Assembly: GCA_965202585.1 (NCBI GenBank)
Contig: OZ241827.1
Location: 77,810,001 to 77,874,000, forward strand
Reading direction: 5' to 3'
Source of the DNA: Thalia democratica
Lineage: Eukaryota
DNA length: 64,000 nucleotides
The notes beneath the pieces are model-generated. The model had not been told where the DNA came from. It was given only the letters and a program-made list of their open reading frames with translations, and searched no databases. Positions within the stretch are counted from its first letter, which is position 1, and every line of letters starts with the position of its first letter. A program made the translations under genes and the position numbers. Positions 38,113 through 53,100 of this stretch are shown here, in pieces.

Positions 38113-41100
38113 GTAAATATGGAAGATAAAGGAGTACCAAGTTTATCATCTCAAGTCCCAGTGACTATAAACTTTAACCAGGAAAACATTAATGAAGGTG
38201 CACTTTTTATTTGGTGAGATAATAATTTATTGTCGGATATTCGGTTATGGAGAAACGAACAAGATTCACAAAAAATGTCAGTTGTTAATTTAATTGTTTT
38301 TTGTTACACGTTTATTTAATTATTAAGCCAAAAAAAACTTTCTTATACGTTTTTGTTTACACTAAATTAGATAAACTACAATAATATAGTATATTTTGTG
38401 CAAAATTTACAAACAATTAGTTCAACCAACTAAATTATAAGTTTTTTGTCTTGATTTTTTAAAACCTTACGAAATAATTTCTAAAGTTTTAAAAACACTA
38501 AGATTTTAAAATATTATTTATGATAAATAGGTCTAATGGCACGTTTAATACCATTGTGTTGCATTTAAACTACAGAATTCGAATAAAAGCATATGGTACT
38601 CAGCAAGAAGCAGTAAATATTAAATACTCATTGATTGAAACGAATAATTACATAATAAATGAAAATACTGGGGTTATACACACTAGTAGAAGCAACTACA
38701 AACTTAACACAGTGCAAACCATTAGGGTAAATTTTTATTTAAAATAATTTCTACTGAAATTGTTTACTAAAAAATTGTAAGCAGAATACTCTACAGTTTT
38801 AACAAATTTTGTAATTATTCTAGAAGTCCACAGACTGTGGACCACAGTAGTAACAATAGCGTTGAAAAAGAAAATTTTCTTCTCTGTAATCTCTTTTCAA
38901 GTTTAAACTAATTTTAATTGTTAAGATAATTATTTAAAGGTAAAAGCAACATACAAGTATTCTAATAAAGCTTCTGTGTTCTTTAACTATAACCTGGGTT
39001 GAACGACCAAGCTTGAAAAGAAGGTCTAACTAAACTTGCATTTGAAAACAGAATTCATAGATACAAATATAAGAACATACGAACTTCAAACCTTACAGAA
39101 ACAGATTTATTGCAAACATCAAACCTGTAAAATCAATATACAACAAAAACTTGCAGTACATGATAATTGGTGAGTAAGAAAAAAAAACTATTCTGTGCAA
39201 GTATAACGTCAAAAATAAAAATATCGAAATGAAAAAAAAAATATTAGCTTATTTTTATATGTATGTTTTAATAAAACATCTCTATTTCTTGCATAACAAT
39301 ACTACTTGAATAATTACAGTCGAATTAGCTCAAATTCATAAATACTATTTTTATGTTAAAACGAATAATTAAATATTTTTATTTAATTTTACCTATGCAT
39401 AAAAATACATTTTAAGTAAACTTTGACACATTATAAGAGTCAAAATTGTTGTAATTAAGCTTAAAAATGATCAAATACTTAAAGTTGTACCTTTAATAAA
39501 AGAAACTTACTTGGTGAAGAAAAACTTTACTAGCTCTTTTGATAGCCTTAAAAGAATTTTTAACATTCTTTAAACTACTAACTTCAGACGAAAACTAATA
39601 AAAACATGTTATTCTGTATCATGATAAAAGCATATGTGTAACAAAAACTTCTAATCTGACAACACATTTACCCGATAATCAGACAGAGTAAACCGATAAT
39701 CCATCTAAAGCGGTTAAACGCGGCCCACAAAATGTCTTGATGGTTCTTTAAGGTGTTTACAAACAAAAAGTTATATTTACTAAGTCAAACATAGTTTGAT
39801 AATTGTTGCTTAAATCTTTCAAGTATTTATTTTTTATTTAAAAGAAACTTAAACTTATACCTTTTAAAACTGAGCGCAGCTAAACAAATTTATTAACTTT
39901 TTATTTTATGTTTTCAAAATGAATAAATATTTTTGACTCTCACTTGTTAAAATCTTGCACATAAGTAAAACAACAATAAATGTTGTAAAGTATAATTGAA
40001 ACAACCCTTAAAAATACATTCATTTTTGAGAAAGCAATTGATCAACTCAATCAATTTTTTGTCACCAGAGAATATCAATTTACTGCAGCTTATATCCGCC
40101 TCCAATATAAAATATTATACAAAAGATGTTGATTAATTGCTTTTTCATTTTAGTTTATCTCTTAATTGTATCAGTAACGGCAACGCATTGCTGTTTTATT
40201 GATTTTTATATACAGTTAATAGTTCAGCTTTTATAAAAAAAAGTTTTTTTTTTCTAATTTGAAGCAGAAAAGGATTTAAAATTTAAGAATAGTAAAAATA
40301 ACCTTTGTGGTTTGTTTAGGATTATTTTGAAAAAGTTATAGGTAAAATTATTGAAACCTAAACTTTTAAAGCTGAAAGTAACTGATGTGTTTGGTGAGCT
40401 TAAACCACTAAAAAAAAAATAATAACTTAAACTAATATAAATTTAATTCAAATTATCCATTTACTCAGATGGAAATGAAGATTTAAAGTTCTTTTTGCAT
40501 CCAAATAGTGGAAATTTGTATGTATTTGGTGAACCTGATGCTGAGAAAATAAATAAGTATCAATTAACCGTAACAAGTAATATACTTAGTTTAGATTTAC
40601 TCAAATACTAAATGCATGTTTTTTAGTGTTTAATATAATTAGAATTAAATTTATTATTCTATAATAGGTGTAGTATTAAATGACTTTTTGATTAAACTAT
40701 GTGTTTACAAAACAAAGTATGTGAAGAAAGAGAAATTCTAACTCTTAGGTAACAATAGAAATTGAAGATAAAAATGATAATCAACCACGATTTGATTTTC
40801 CGATAATTAGTATGAACTTAATGGAAAACGTCCCAATAAACAGTTTAGTGACAAAATTATCAGCAAATGATGCAGATAGTTAAGCTTCGAACAGAAATTT
40901 CGTTTACAAATTAGTTGGTGCTGCAGACAGAAATAGTTTGGATAAATTTACTGTCACATCAAACGGTTTGTTTTATTTTATTGCTCATATATTTCTACTC
41001 AGCAGTAGTTTTATTTGAACAATTTAAACAGGTCAAGTAAAAACGTTAAGTAAATGGAATCGGGAACGTCAAAATAAACATCATTTAATTGTTCAAGTCT

Positions 41101-44100
41101 TTGATCAAGGATCACCTAATCCATTTAAGGTTAGATATCATCTACTAATACTCCATTATCTTTAATTATTTCTATAATAAACTATAAATTTATTATAAGT
41201 TCTAGACTGTAGACTTTATACTTTTGTACATTTATAAAGTATAAAACAATGTTTATTTAAATAGAAAGTTAAAACAAATTTGTTACAGAACAACTGTTAC
41301 GTCATAATTACTTTGAATGACGTGAACGAAGATACGCCTGCTTTTATCAGTCAAAATTACCGAGCCCAGTTTTTAATCGATGGTGAAAACCCTAGTTTGC
41401 CTGAAACCCAACAGGTGTATCGCATGATTGAAGGTAGCAAGTTAGGCGAAATTATTTTACTTGTAGACGCAGTAGATGACGATATCGGTCGAAATGGTAA
41501 AATCACTTACTCTATTGTTAAAGGTAAATACTTATTACAGTAATTGTAAATATATATTTTTTAGAACTTTTTTTTTAATTATTAAAACAATTTTACATCA
41601 ATAGTTTGCTAACAAAATAAAAACTCTTAGAGTAAAATCACATTTTAAAATATCATATTTACTAAACATTAACTAAAAATTTTTTAGTTAGAACAGTTAA
41701 AACTTTAATGTTTCATAATTAAAAATAATACTAGATAAACTTAATTGTATATTTTTGTTTAAAGAATGTTCTTAAGGTTTTACTAATAAACATTATTATG
41801 AGCATTTTTTCAAAGTTTTTGGTTTTGAATAACAAAACGCAATAGCACTTTTATAATTTTGTTTTCATAGCAAATATTTCGAATAATTCGATAAAAATAG
41901 TTTTATAACAAGCCAAACCAAACAGAAGTAATAACATTATTTTGATTTTAATACCCTTTGTTTAAAGACCTCACCTCTATAATATTCTAATATACAAAAA
42001 ATAAAGTTGGTCTTTTTAGTAAATGAAATCTTTAGTCGCTCCGCTGTATACAATGAGAAAAATCAATCTTTTCTTTACGAACTTGCGCTATGAAGTTTAT
42101 TTTCTTGTATTTTCGATTTTAAATAAAATTTTTTGCTCACTTCCAAAACACTTTCAATTTATCCTAGACCGTATTTATTTTTATAAAATATTTCTTTTTG
42201 TATTCTAAGTGTTCTAAAATTTTTTGAAAAATCTTTTTTTTTTTCTAATGTACTAGATAATTTATTAAATTTATAAAAGTAAACAATTAGTGAAGTATTT
42301 TTTTTTCAAATTTAAAAAGTATTTGATACTAAAAATCTTGACAAAAAAGTTCAGAACTAAACAAATTGGTTTCCCTAGTAGCATTATGTAAAAAAAAAAG
42401 AATAAGTGACAATTTTTTGGGTTCTAAGTTTTTTGAGGTAAAACTACTAATTTAAAAACTGACAATGAGTTGGAAACGCGTCAGGTTTTCGTATAACTGA
42501 CAATTAGATGTCACACATGACTTTGCCACTTTGTAATTACTTTATACTAATAAAAATTTTCAAAAGTTACATTAAAATTGAACATTTTAGCAATGCAAAA
42601 TCAATTATAGTTTCAGTTTGTTTATTAGCTTACTTTTATGAAAAATTATGAAATTTTAAGAAATTAGTTTTAAATTAGGTTGACCTCAGTAAAGTTATAC
42701 ATTTTTTCAAATAGTTTCTCGTATATTTAAATGTTCTGAAAAAATTTTAACCTAGATAAAGAATAAAATATCCGTACTTACTATAAAATAGTGGTTTTTA
42801 GTCCTAAAACATCTGCAATAAAATAATTATCTTACTAGAAGCATTTATGATTTGCATCAAAACAATAACAGATGTTTACAAAACTTTTAAAATCTGTATG
42901 ACACTGATCTTTTTAAAAATTGAAAGTTCTGACACATAATTCAATAATCCAATTGATACCAGTCTGCATCAAGTAACTTATACCGGTTTCAAAATAATCT
43001 AGTAATGCTAATCGTTTTTAATATTTAATTACCTGTCAGATTAATCACCGATTCGTTTCCTCTGGTTTGTTAGAGATCAAAGAACAAAAATAAAATTTCG
43101 TGAGTGTCATTTAGAAAATTAAATTAGTTTTTGAATTTAGTTTATTGCAATTCATTATTAATGTTTATTTTAGACAGACACATGCTATTGAAAATTGTTG
43201 CTAACTAAATAGATTGAGATTTTTTAGTTAATACTTTTATTGTATAGCAGATTTAGGTAGCTTTAAATGTATTTAACAGTTTAAAGCAAAATTACAGAAA
43301 TTAGTTTATGTTACTATCAAAAACACTATTAGAATAACAGTATATTAGGCTTTAGCAATTTAATAAAACAGTTTGTTAACGATTTGTGCAAATTTTCCTA
43401 GTAGACTTTAACACAAAGTTTTGTAGAGCTTTCAAGTCCTATTATGACGTACGACTGTTGAAATTTGCTGAAAACAAACAAAAGCACAAACTTTATGTCT
43501 TGCTCAAATTTGTATTATTAAACAAATATTCTATACTTAGGGGCATTAAAACATTCAAGAACCTAATATTTACCTTTTAATGAAGTTTTTTGAAAACCAA
43601 AGCTTTTCAAGAAATTAGTTCTTAATAATCAGTTACTTATAAATTAGTACTGGTTTGTATTAACCTAAATTATTAATAATCTTTTTATTTACGACATTGA
43701 TGTATTAAATAAAAATTATGGTCTTTAGTTTTTTCTTCAAGATGTTTGGACGTATATGCGTTTATTGTTCAACACTAAAAATTATAAACATAACCTTATT
43801 TTTTTAGGCAACAACGCTGGAGTATGGAGAATTAACGAAACCACCGGTGGTTTGAGCGCTGTCAAGTGGCCAACAATTCAAAATGAAAACAGCGACATTG
43901 TGCGGACAAAAATTTTAACAGTAGAAGCCCGCGATGGCGGTCAAAATTCTCGCGCTTCAAGAATGAACGTTTCAATTGAAATAAGAAACTTTAGAGACAA
44001 TTCTCCTCATTTTAATAATGACGTCATTCATGTTAGCATCGCTGAAGACACAACTGTGGGAAGGTAAGATATTAACATAAACACTATTTAGTTATTAAAA

Positions 44101-47100
44101 GCAAGTTAATAATTGTCAATTTTAATTTCAGCTTGGTTGCCAAGGTAACAGCATCCGGTCCAGCCGGTATATTTTATGACGTCACAACAGGTGATTCTGA
44201 TCATTTCCGGTTGGATTGGTTCACGGGCAGGGTGACTCTTTTGTTGCCGCTCAACTACGAAACTCGTCGCGATTACGTCTTGTGCGTCGAAGCGAGGGTC
44301 GGTGACGTAATGATGACATCATCAATGCAATTAAAAATTCATGTCACTGATGTTAATGATAACAGGTTAAAGCTCTAACTATATAAATAACTTGAAACTT
44401 TAACAGCGATTGTTTTACAAACAAAAGTTTTGGTGTAGTAGTATAAAAAGCAAAAATACATATTTCAGGCCTGTTCTTGATCAGACAAGGCATTCATCTG
44501 ATCAAAGTGTAACGTCGCAATTATTTGACGAACAAGGTAACGTCTTAAAAGTGGAAGCCCATGATATAGATACTGGATTAGGGGGATCGCTTAAGTATCA
44601 AATAATTGCTCTCTCATCTGAAGATCAGGATTTCATTGATGAAAGATTTTTAGTGGACGAAAGAAGCGGTGCTATTCTGAAACTTAATGGAAGCCTTCTC
44701 TTTGACCATTCTTACAATAACATCTATCAATTCATGGTAAAATTAGTTTTTTTAGTGTATACGTTAAGAAAAATAGTTAAGTTAAAGATTTACTTTGATC
44801 AGTTAGAGTTTTTTTTTTTAATTAAACATTTTTATTAAGGTTCAAGTGACAGACAGAGGAAGTCCTCCTCTTGTAGCAACTGAAAGAGCTTACGTCACTG
44901 TACAATCAATTTCTCATTATTCTTTAAAATTCGCTAAAAATCGCTACACGGTAGAAGTACAGCCACCTTTTATACCTGGATTTTTGATTCCAGTAAATTT
45001 AGAAGTTTTTGAAAACGGCTTCAATTCAAAATCAAAGTTAGAATACTCAATAGAGCCACAAAACCCATACTTTGAAATAAACAGACACAATGGCGAAATT
45101 AAAACAGTTTCAAATCTAATTCCACATCAAAAGAAAACAACACTAAATGTAAAAATATCAAACAAAGAAACTAGTTCTTATACTAATGTCAAAATAGTTC
45201 TTCTTGAACCTTATAGTGGTGATCTAAAATTAAAAGAGATATATGTCGAAGAAAATTTAAAAAAAGTATGTCATTATAGTTTCATAACACATTTTTTTTT
45301 TAATTCAAATTAAACAAAGATCTAATTCTGACAAATTGTGTATGAGAACTTTACTATTTTTCAACATTTAATAAAGATTTTAAATTTTCAGGGAAAAGCA
45401 TTGTATACATTGGCAAGTATTCACAACACAGTAGATGTTGACTGTGTTTACACTTTATTGAATCCAAATCCACATTTCAACGTTGTTGGATCTGCTATTC
45501 TTACCACCAATGTAACACTAAATAGAGAAACACATTCTTATCATAAAGTACGTTACAAATGAATTAAAAAACTAATGTCAACATAATTAACATAAATCAA
45601 ATAAATTTATATTCATCACTTTACTTTAGTTTTATTTAAGTTGTTGTATATTTAAACTATTAACAAATAAAATCTAAACTTTCAGCTGTTAGTTGAAACA
45701 AGTTATCCAGCTTCAAGTCAAAGTAGTCGAACTGAAATAAAGATAAATGTCGTAGATGTGAATGATAATGCACCTGAAATTTTACAACAACCGATTAACA
45801 TATTTATACCTAGAAATGGTAAAATTGGAACAGCTGTCAAACAGGTTAATATTCATTTAGGTGATAGAAAGTATTTCAAATTAAATTTAATATTTGATTA
45901 AAGGCTAAATATTTATTTTACTACAATTGTTTATAGAATACTTAACAAACATATTTCCAGATCAAGGCAATTGACAGAGATTTTGGTCCAAACTCCCAAA
46001 TTAAATTCAGTTTGAACGGTCCCGGTACTAAATACCTGAGAATAAATCCTAAAAGCGGATTGGTCACCACCAGAACTTACAAGTCACGTGAAGTCAGAAC
46101 GACTAATGACGTCACGATAATCGCGGAAGATCAAGGTAAACCCCAATTGCGAAAAGAAGGGAAAGCGACTTTGCACTTCACAAACGTAAACCCGCTTTCA
46201 AAAGAGGTGAAATCCCCTGTTTTTGTAAAAGCGCGTGAAAATTTACGCATAGGAAGTTTAGTGACTGATGAAATTGGATCGCAGTTTACAGATTCTGTTG
46301 AGAAAGCAAATTTTGAAATTGTTGATGGAGATCCTGAAAGTAAATTCCAAATTGATTTCAAAACTGGTAAGTTATTATCTCAAATTAATTTTGAATACAA
46401 TATAACTTCTTTAAAAATATGAAATGAACAAGCGATTGTTATTAAACTAATTGTTATTTAAAGTAAGCTATATAAGTATTATAAAAAAATAGTAGTTTTC
46501 TTAAATATAAAACACTTTTTAGGAACTTTTTTTATAACTTTATACTCGAAAAAGTTTGGATAGAGAAAAACAAGATTTTTACCAGTTACAAGTGCGAATG
46601 TTAGAACAAAACAGAAACTCAATCGCTTCAGTAACTGTTTTTGTTAATATTCAAGACGAAAACGATAATCCACCTATTTTTCAAAATAGCTTTTATTCAG
46701 TAAAAATCAAAGAAAACTTGCCATCTAAATCGTTTGTTATCAGAGTAAGTTGATGTTAACTAGATATTTTTTTATTAAAAATAAAGTTGTTTTAAGTTTT
46801 AATTTATTTATTTTATAATAGTTTTTATTTACAGTATAATCTTTGCTATACTCAACAAACTTTTCTTAAAAGATTGATTGTGAATGTAATCATAAATTTT
46901 TTACAATTTATTTTATCCTTTAATTTTGCTGTAACTCAACCTTAAGCTTTACAAATGACATTGTTTTGCCTAAAGTTTGAAGCTTAAGTTTTAAAAGTGC
47001 GCATGAAATATGCAATTTAAAAATGAAAGTTTTATTTTTATTTAGGTACAAGCTACTGATGCAGACATAGAAAGCAACGCAATGATCAAATACAAAATTC

Positions 47101-50100
47101 TATCCGGACACGAAAATTTCGAAGTTGATGAAAATAGCGGAGTCATATCAACATCTGGTAATATTGACAGAGAAGAAGTTTCTCAGTTTATATTTACAGT
47201 AAGAGCAAGTGATTGTGGAAACCCGTCAATGTTTTCAGATGCTGAAGTTGTTGTTGTTGTTGATGATGTTAATGATAATCCTCCATTTTTCTCTAATGTA
47301 AGTGTTTTTGTTAAAGTAAACATATCAGTGGAATCTTAAAAGCTTATACTTTCGTATAAAGTAACTAAAATTCACAATTTTTTTTTTCAACGGTTAAGGT
47401 TTAAGTTTTTATTATTATTATTTTTACTAGAAAGTAATGTCTTAAGAAGAACTAAACCTTTAGTAAAATGTTATTAATGCAGAAAAATGAAGTGTTATCT
47501 GTAAGCACTCTAATTGAGCCTGGATCAAAAATAGGTCAAGTAAGAGCTTACGATTTAGATGTTACTGATCAAAATAGTTTGAAATACTTCATTGAAACTG
47601 ATGGTCCAATAAATATAGATAAGGAGTCAGGTTTGCTAATTTTATAAAATATTATTTTTATGAGTGTTCATTAAAAAACAATAATGTTGAAAAAATTAGT
47701 ATGCAAAACTTATAAGATATATAAAATACTCAAATTTAAAATTGACCTATAAAATTCAATTTCTACAACGTTCCTACTTACAGGTGAATTATTTTTAAAT
47801 GATCTAAATGAACCATATGAAAACCGTAACAATATTTATGCAATAACAATTGTTTCTGATGGAGTATATTCCACATCTACTAATCTTCAAATTATTTTTT
47901 TTACTAAATCTACACGAGTATTAGAGTTTCATGATTGCTCAATAAACAAGCCTAAAGTTTTCCGTATAAAAGAATATGTCCCAATAAACACTTTTGTCGG
48001 AAAAGTAAGTATACGCTAGTTTTACAAATATAGTTTTAAGATACTTGGTTTAGTACTCCTATATTTTAACTAATATTTTTCAGCTAAATTTATCATCTGA
48101 TTCTGTTAATCCAGTAATATTCACCATTGAAACGACAACTTATGATTCTTCTCGATTTAGGGTAATTCCCTCAACTGGAGAGTTGTTCACTCAAGATTCC
48201 ATCAAAAGAGACTTTCTCACATCTACAAATGACATCATAAGATTTGTTGTTACAGCTCAGTCGAGCTCAGGTTTGATAATTGTTTAAAACTAATTAAATG
48301 TATATAAAATATTGTGCTAAATTTTGGTTTTACCTTATAGTTTTAAACAACATACCTGATTATACTAGGTTAATTTCTTACTAAAACGTCTAATTGGTTT
48401 ACATATGATACTAATTTGACATAGACTTATTCAAAGATAACAACAAATTGCGCTATAATTAAAAAAAAATGTTTTGAACAGTTTGATACTTTGTTAATTT
48501 GACATATTCTCCTAGTTTATGTAACTTGTTTACATATGTTACAGAAATTGAGATAACAAAACAATTATTGTATTTGTTACAATTTATTGAAAAGTTATTC
48601 GTTTACAGATATAGCAAGGTGTGAGACTGTTATTGTTATTCAAGACGTCAACAATAATAAACCTGAGTTTGATAGAAAAAATTATCAGGGAATTGTCGTA
48701 ATTAATCAAACGATTGCCGGTGAACATTTACTGAAAGTTTGTATTTTGGTTGTTATTTTTACAATTTATTATAATAATAAAAAGGATATATACATATTTA
48801 AAACTAAAAACTAATTATGCAATAATTTAAAAGATAAAAGCATCAGATAATGACATTGGAGTGAATGGAAAAGTATCTTACAACTGGTACGATAAAAATA
48901 ACAATGCTTTTCAATATTTTGATACTATTACTGATAGTGGAATAATCTATTTGAAAAAGCCACTGACGGAAAAAGGTTTAAATTGATTTTTTTTTTAATT
49001 CAAGTTTTTATTATAAATATGATTGAATAGTTATTTAGCTTATAATAGTGGAATTGAAATAATTTGTGCATATTTCAGTTTATTTTATTTGTTTTTCGTA
49101 ATATAAAGTCAAATATTTGTTGAATGTCTCAGTCGTGAAACGAACTGAAGTTTTAAATTGAAGCAGACATTAATAAATAAGTAAATTTAACACCTGCAAC
49201 AATAAATTTATTGTGTGAAATAATTTTACACTTACTACTTATAAACAGCACAGTTGCAAACAATTGGTTATTTTATTGCAGATGAAGAAAGTTTTAGTTT
49301 TTTTATTCAAGCAATAGACGGAGGTGGAAAATATTCTCTTGTTGGAGTGAATATTAATGTTATTTCAACAACAATTCATTTACCAGTTTTTGAAAAAAGC
49401 ATAATACACGTTGTTGTACTTGAAGATATAGCTATAGGATATAAAGTAAGTTTACCATTTTTTTACAAATTGTCTTTGTACAACTTATCGTAAAATAAAC
49501 TATGTGTATGCATTGTGACGAAAGAAACTTTCAGAAATTGAATGAACAGTAAGTCACAAAATATTATATTTATTTCAAGTGTTATACAAACATTTAACTT
49601 TTTTTAAAAAGCTTACAGTATTAGTTGAAAAAGTAGAGAATAAAAACTGATTAGATTTAATTTATATATTATTCATTATAGATTGCTCAACAACAAGCTT
49701 TAGCAAAAAACCGAGAAATTTACTACAAATTTGCAAATCATCAAGGTAATTACTTTTATACATATCAATGCTATCAATATAAACCATGATTACTTGGCAA
49801 TAATTTTTTGTCAAGTACAAAACTGTTAAGTAATTTTTGAAGCTTTTGTTGAAAGCTATTTTAAACCAAGTGAAAGTCTTTGCTAAACAATAAAGTAATA
49901 AAGTAAAAAGGTATTTAATGAAAAAATAATCGTCATAACTAAGTTACAAATATATGATAACAAAATAAACAGATGGTGATGAAACACAAATGAGAAACTT
50001 CAAAATAAACAAACTGAATGGAGCAATTACCCTAACACAAGAGTTAGATTATGAAAATAAAAATTATTTTGAGCTTATTGTTGTTGCATATGTAAGAGAA

Positions 50101-53100
50101 GAAACTGAACTTATGGCTGAATCTAAAGTAAGAAAAACTTTCTTAAAATTTAAAAACTAAGTTTTAAAAAACTGTTTAATTTGAAGTAAACCATTCAATT
50201 TTAAAGTAATTATACTGTTATGTTTAATAATATATATTTGTAAACAACACTAAATATATTGCTTATTCAGATAACAATTGAAATTGAAGACATAAACGAC
50301 AATCCACCTCAGTTTGATAGTCTTTCATATAAAACTTTTGTTGTTGAAAATAAATTGCCATATGAACCGCTTGTACAAGTCAAATGTAGTGATAAAGACT
50401 CTACAAAATATTCAAGTATCAAGTATAGGTAATGATTAGAACTAAAGTACGAAATATTTGTACTGTCTTTTTTTTTAACTAAAAGAAACTAGATATTACA
50501 CATAAATTAGAATTAATTTAGCTTTTTTTTTGTCAGTAAAGTGTAAAGCTACTGAAGTTAACTAAAATGAATTTAATAAAATTTTAGTAAATAAGTTTAG
50601 TTTAGTTGATAGTACTGCTTAACTCGAATAATATTTAACAAAGCTTAGTTTTGTAAACTGAATTATTTTTCTTCAGGTTCAATGAAAGTCATCCATCTTT
50701 TAATATCAACCCAGTGTCTGGGATGGTTTCCCTGAAAAAGTCTCTGGACAGAGAAAACTACATTGAAACAAAAGGATCAATTATTCTCAAAGTGTCTTGC
50801 ACAGACGGAAAATATGTTGATAGTTCAAACATAATTGTCACAATTAAAGATGTTAATGACAAAAAAGCTGTATTCAAAAGTGACTCAAACCAGTTTAATA
50901 TTTATGAAAGGTAAGTGTTGTATAAAAACTATAGAAGTTTAAATATTTATGTGGTCAAACAAAAATTTTTTTTTTTTGTTCCTTTCAGGGCTAAAGCAGG
51001 ATACAAAACAGCATCAGTAATGTCAGCGGTAGATCAAGATTCTTCAACAAATGCTTCACTTGTAACAACAAGTATTATTAAAGGAGATCCTCTTCATTAT
51101 TTCGATGTGTTTTTTCAATCGAAACACTCTTTAGAAGCTTCAGGAATGTACTTAAACATTGGATTTGAAGTAAGGATTTGCTTATGTTTAAACTTAAATG
51201 CTTTGTATTACAAAGTATTGTAATAATTCTTCCAATGTTAGGTTGCTAATGATATTGATTCAAACATTCCTGATGTAAATGAAGTTACTGTCTCAGTTTT
51301 TGACGGAATTCATCACTCTTATGCACAAGCTACTATAAACATTGTAAACCGGAAGTACAAACAACCAATTGGAAAACCGCTTTGCAAAAAGGTTGACTTC
51401 TTTTATTCCACTTTAGTTATTACGTTTTATACTTAAAATGGCTTCACATTTAAAAAAACATTATTACAAGATATAACAACTATATGCTACGGTCGTTTAA
51501 TACATTTTTATTTTTTCACAGCTTTTTTACAACGTATCTGTCAATGAAAACAACAAAGTAAACTCACAAATAGCTACAATCGACATTGCAGACAAATATA
51601 GTAAAGCTATTTACACTTTGATTGGAGAATATAAAAATAGATTTTCATTCGATGAAAGTACTGGTTAGTAAAACTTTAAAAGTAAACCAACAGTTCTATA
51701 ACTATAATACTATCTAAATATACTTTTTTTAGGAATAATTTATGCAACTGAAAGTTTAGACAGAGAAGAAAAAGATAGCTACCACTTAAACCTTCAAGTT
51801 AAATACTCGAACGATTTAAAGTGCCTGATACAGGTAAAAAAAAATTAAAAACAGCTAGATTAATTAACCATTCAAAAAAAAAACGAACTATGTCTTACTC
51901 AAACTTATTTTCTAGATCTTTATAAAAGTGTTAGATGTGAATGACAACTGGCCAACATTTACAAAAAGTCAATTGAGGGTTCGAGTAAAAGAAGATTCGG
52001 TTGTGGGAAGCGTTGTTTATCAATTTGCTGCATTTGATGCTGATATTGGTTTGTTTTTTGAAATCAGTTACAACTACCTGAATGAAAAAATAAACTTAGT
52101 TTAAAACAAAATAAAAAACATTTTTTTAAGATTATTTTTTGTTTCCAAACAATAAATAAGTTTTAAAACAAAAACTAACATAGTATTTTATTTTAACTCA
52201 TTTAACTAACATTTAAGGTGAAAATTCCCAACTGAAATATGCTCTACAACGCCACAGTTTAGATTCAGTTCCTTTTGAAATTGATGAAAAACATGGTTAT
52301 TTGACATTACAAAGACCCGTTGATCGTGAAATTAGAGACAAATACCTTTTCAACATTACTGTTAGTTAAATTTTTTCTTGAACTTCATAAAACTTTAGTT
52401 ACAATTTAAATAAAGTTTCTTAAGCAGTTAAAGTTACAATAGGTGAAGTTTTATTTTGTCGAATAAGCTGAAGAAAATTGGCAAACATGCTTTCATTTTC
52501 AAACATAGAAAAATATTGTTAACTCTATACACGAGATACAACTATAGTTTTACTATAATTTTTTTTTAAAGGTAAAAGACCAAGGTATTCCAGCTAAGTC
52601 AACATCAGTTCAAGTTAATTTAAGAGTAACAGACGTGAATGACAATGCTCCTGTATTCAATCAAACAAGTGTTAGTTTTCAGTATCTAAAATGTTTTATG
52701 ACTAAAAATCCGTTGACCGTTACTTATTTACTATAAATTTTACTTTACAAAGAGTGGTGTGCTTTACTCTAACAAAATACAAAATTTAGTAAATAAACCT
52801 TTTTATTGTATAATTAATATTAATCAATTTTTTTTTTTTTTCAGTACAAAGCTGAGGTTAAGGAAAGTGCCAAAATTAGCCATCTAGTGGCAAAAGTTGA
52901 AGCATTCAGTTTAGACGATGGAGTAAATGCGGATTTGCAATACCTCATTGTTGGAGGAAATGAGCTTAACAAGTTTCAAATCGACAGTAGATCAGGTATA
53001 AGAGAATGACTTTAAAAAATGACTACTTGAATCATTTATATAGTAACAACATTCAAATACAACTTTCATTCAAATACAGGAGAAGTTGTTCTTCTTGATG

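Noticed and set aside
40881-40883. Alternative genetic code (TAA/TAG = Gln), suggested by TAA aligning with CAA in copy A
   Set aside because: I found no in-frame TAA or TAG in the more than 3000 correctly framed copy A codons I translated, which would be implausible under reassignment in an AT-rich genome. It is a simple C-to-T nonsense change.
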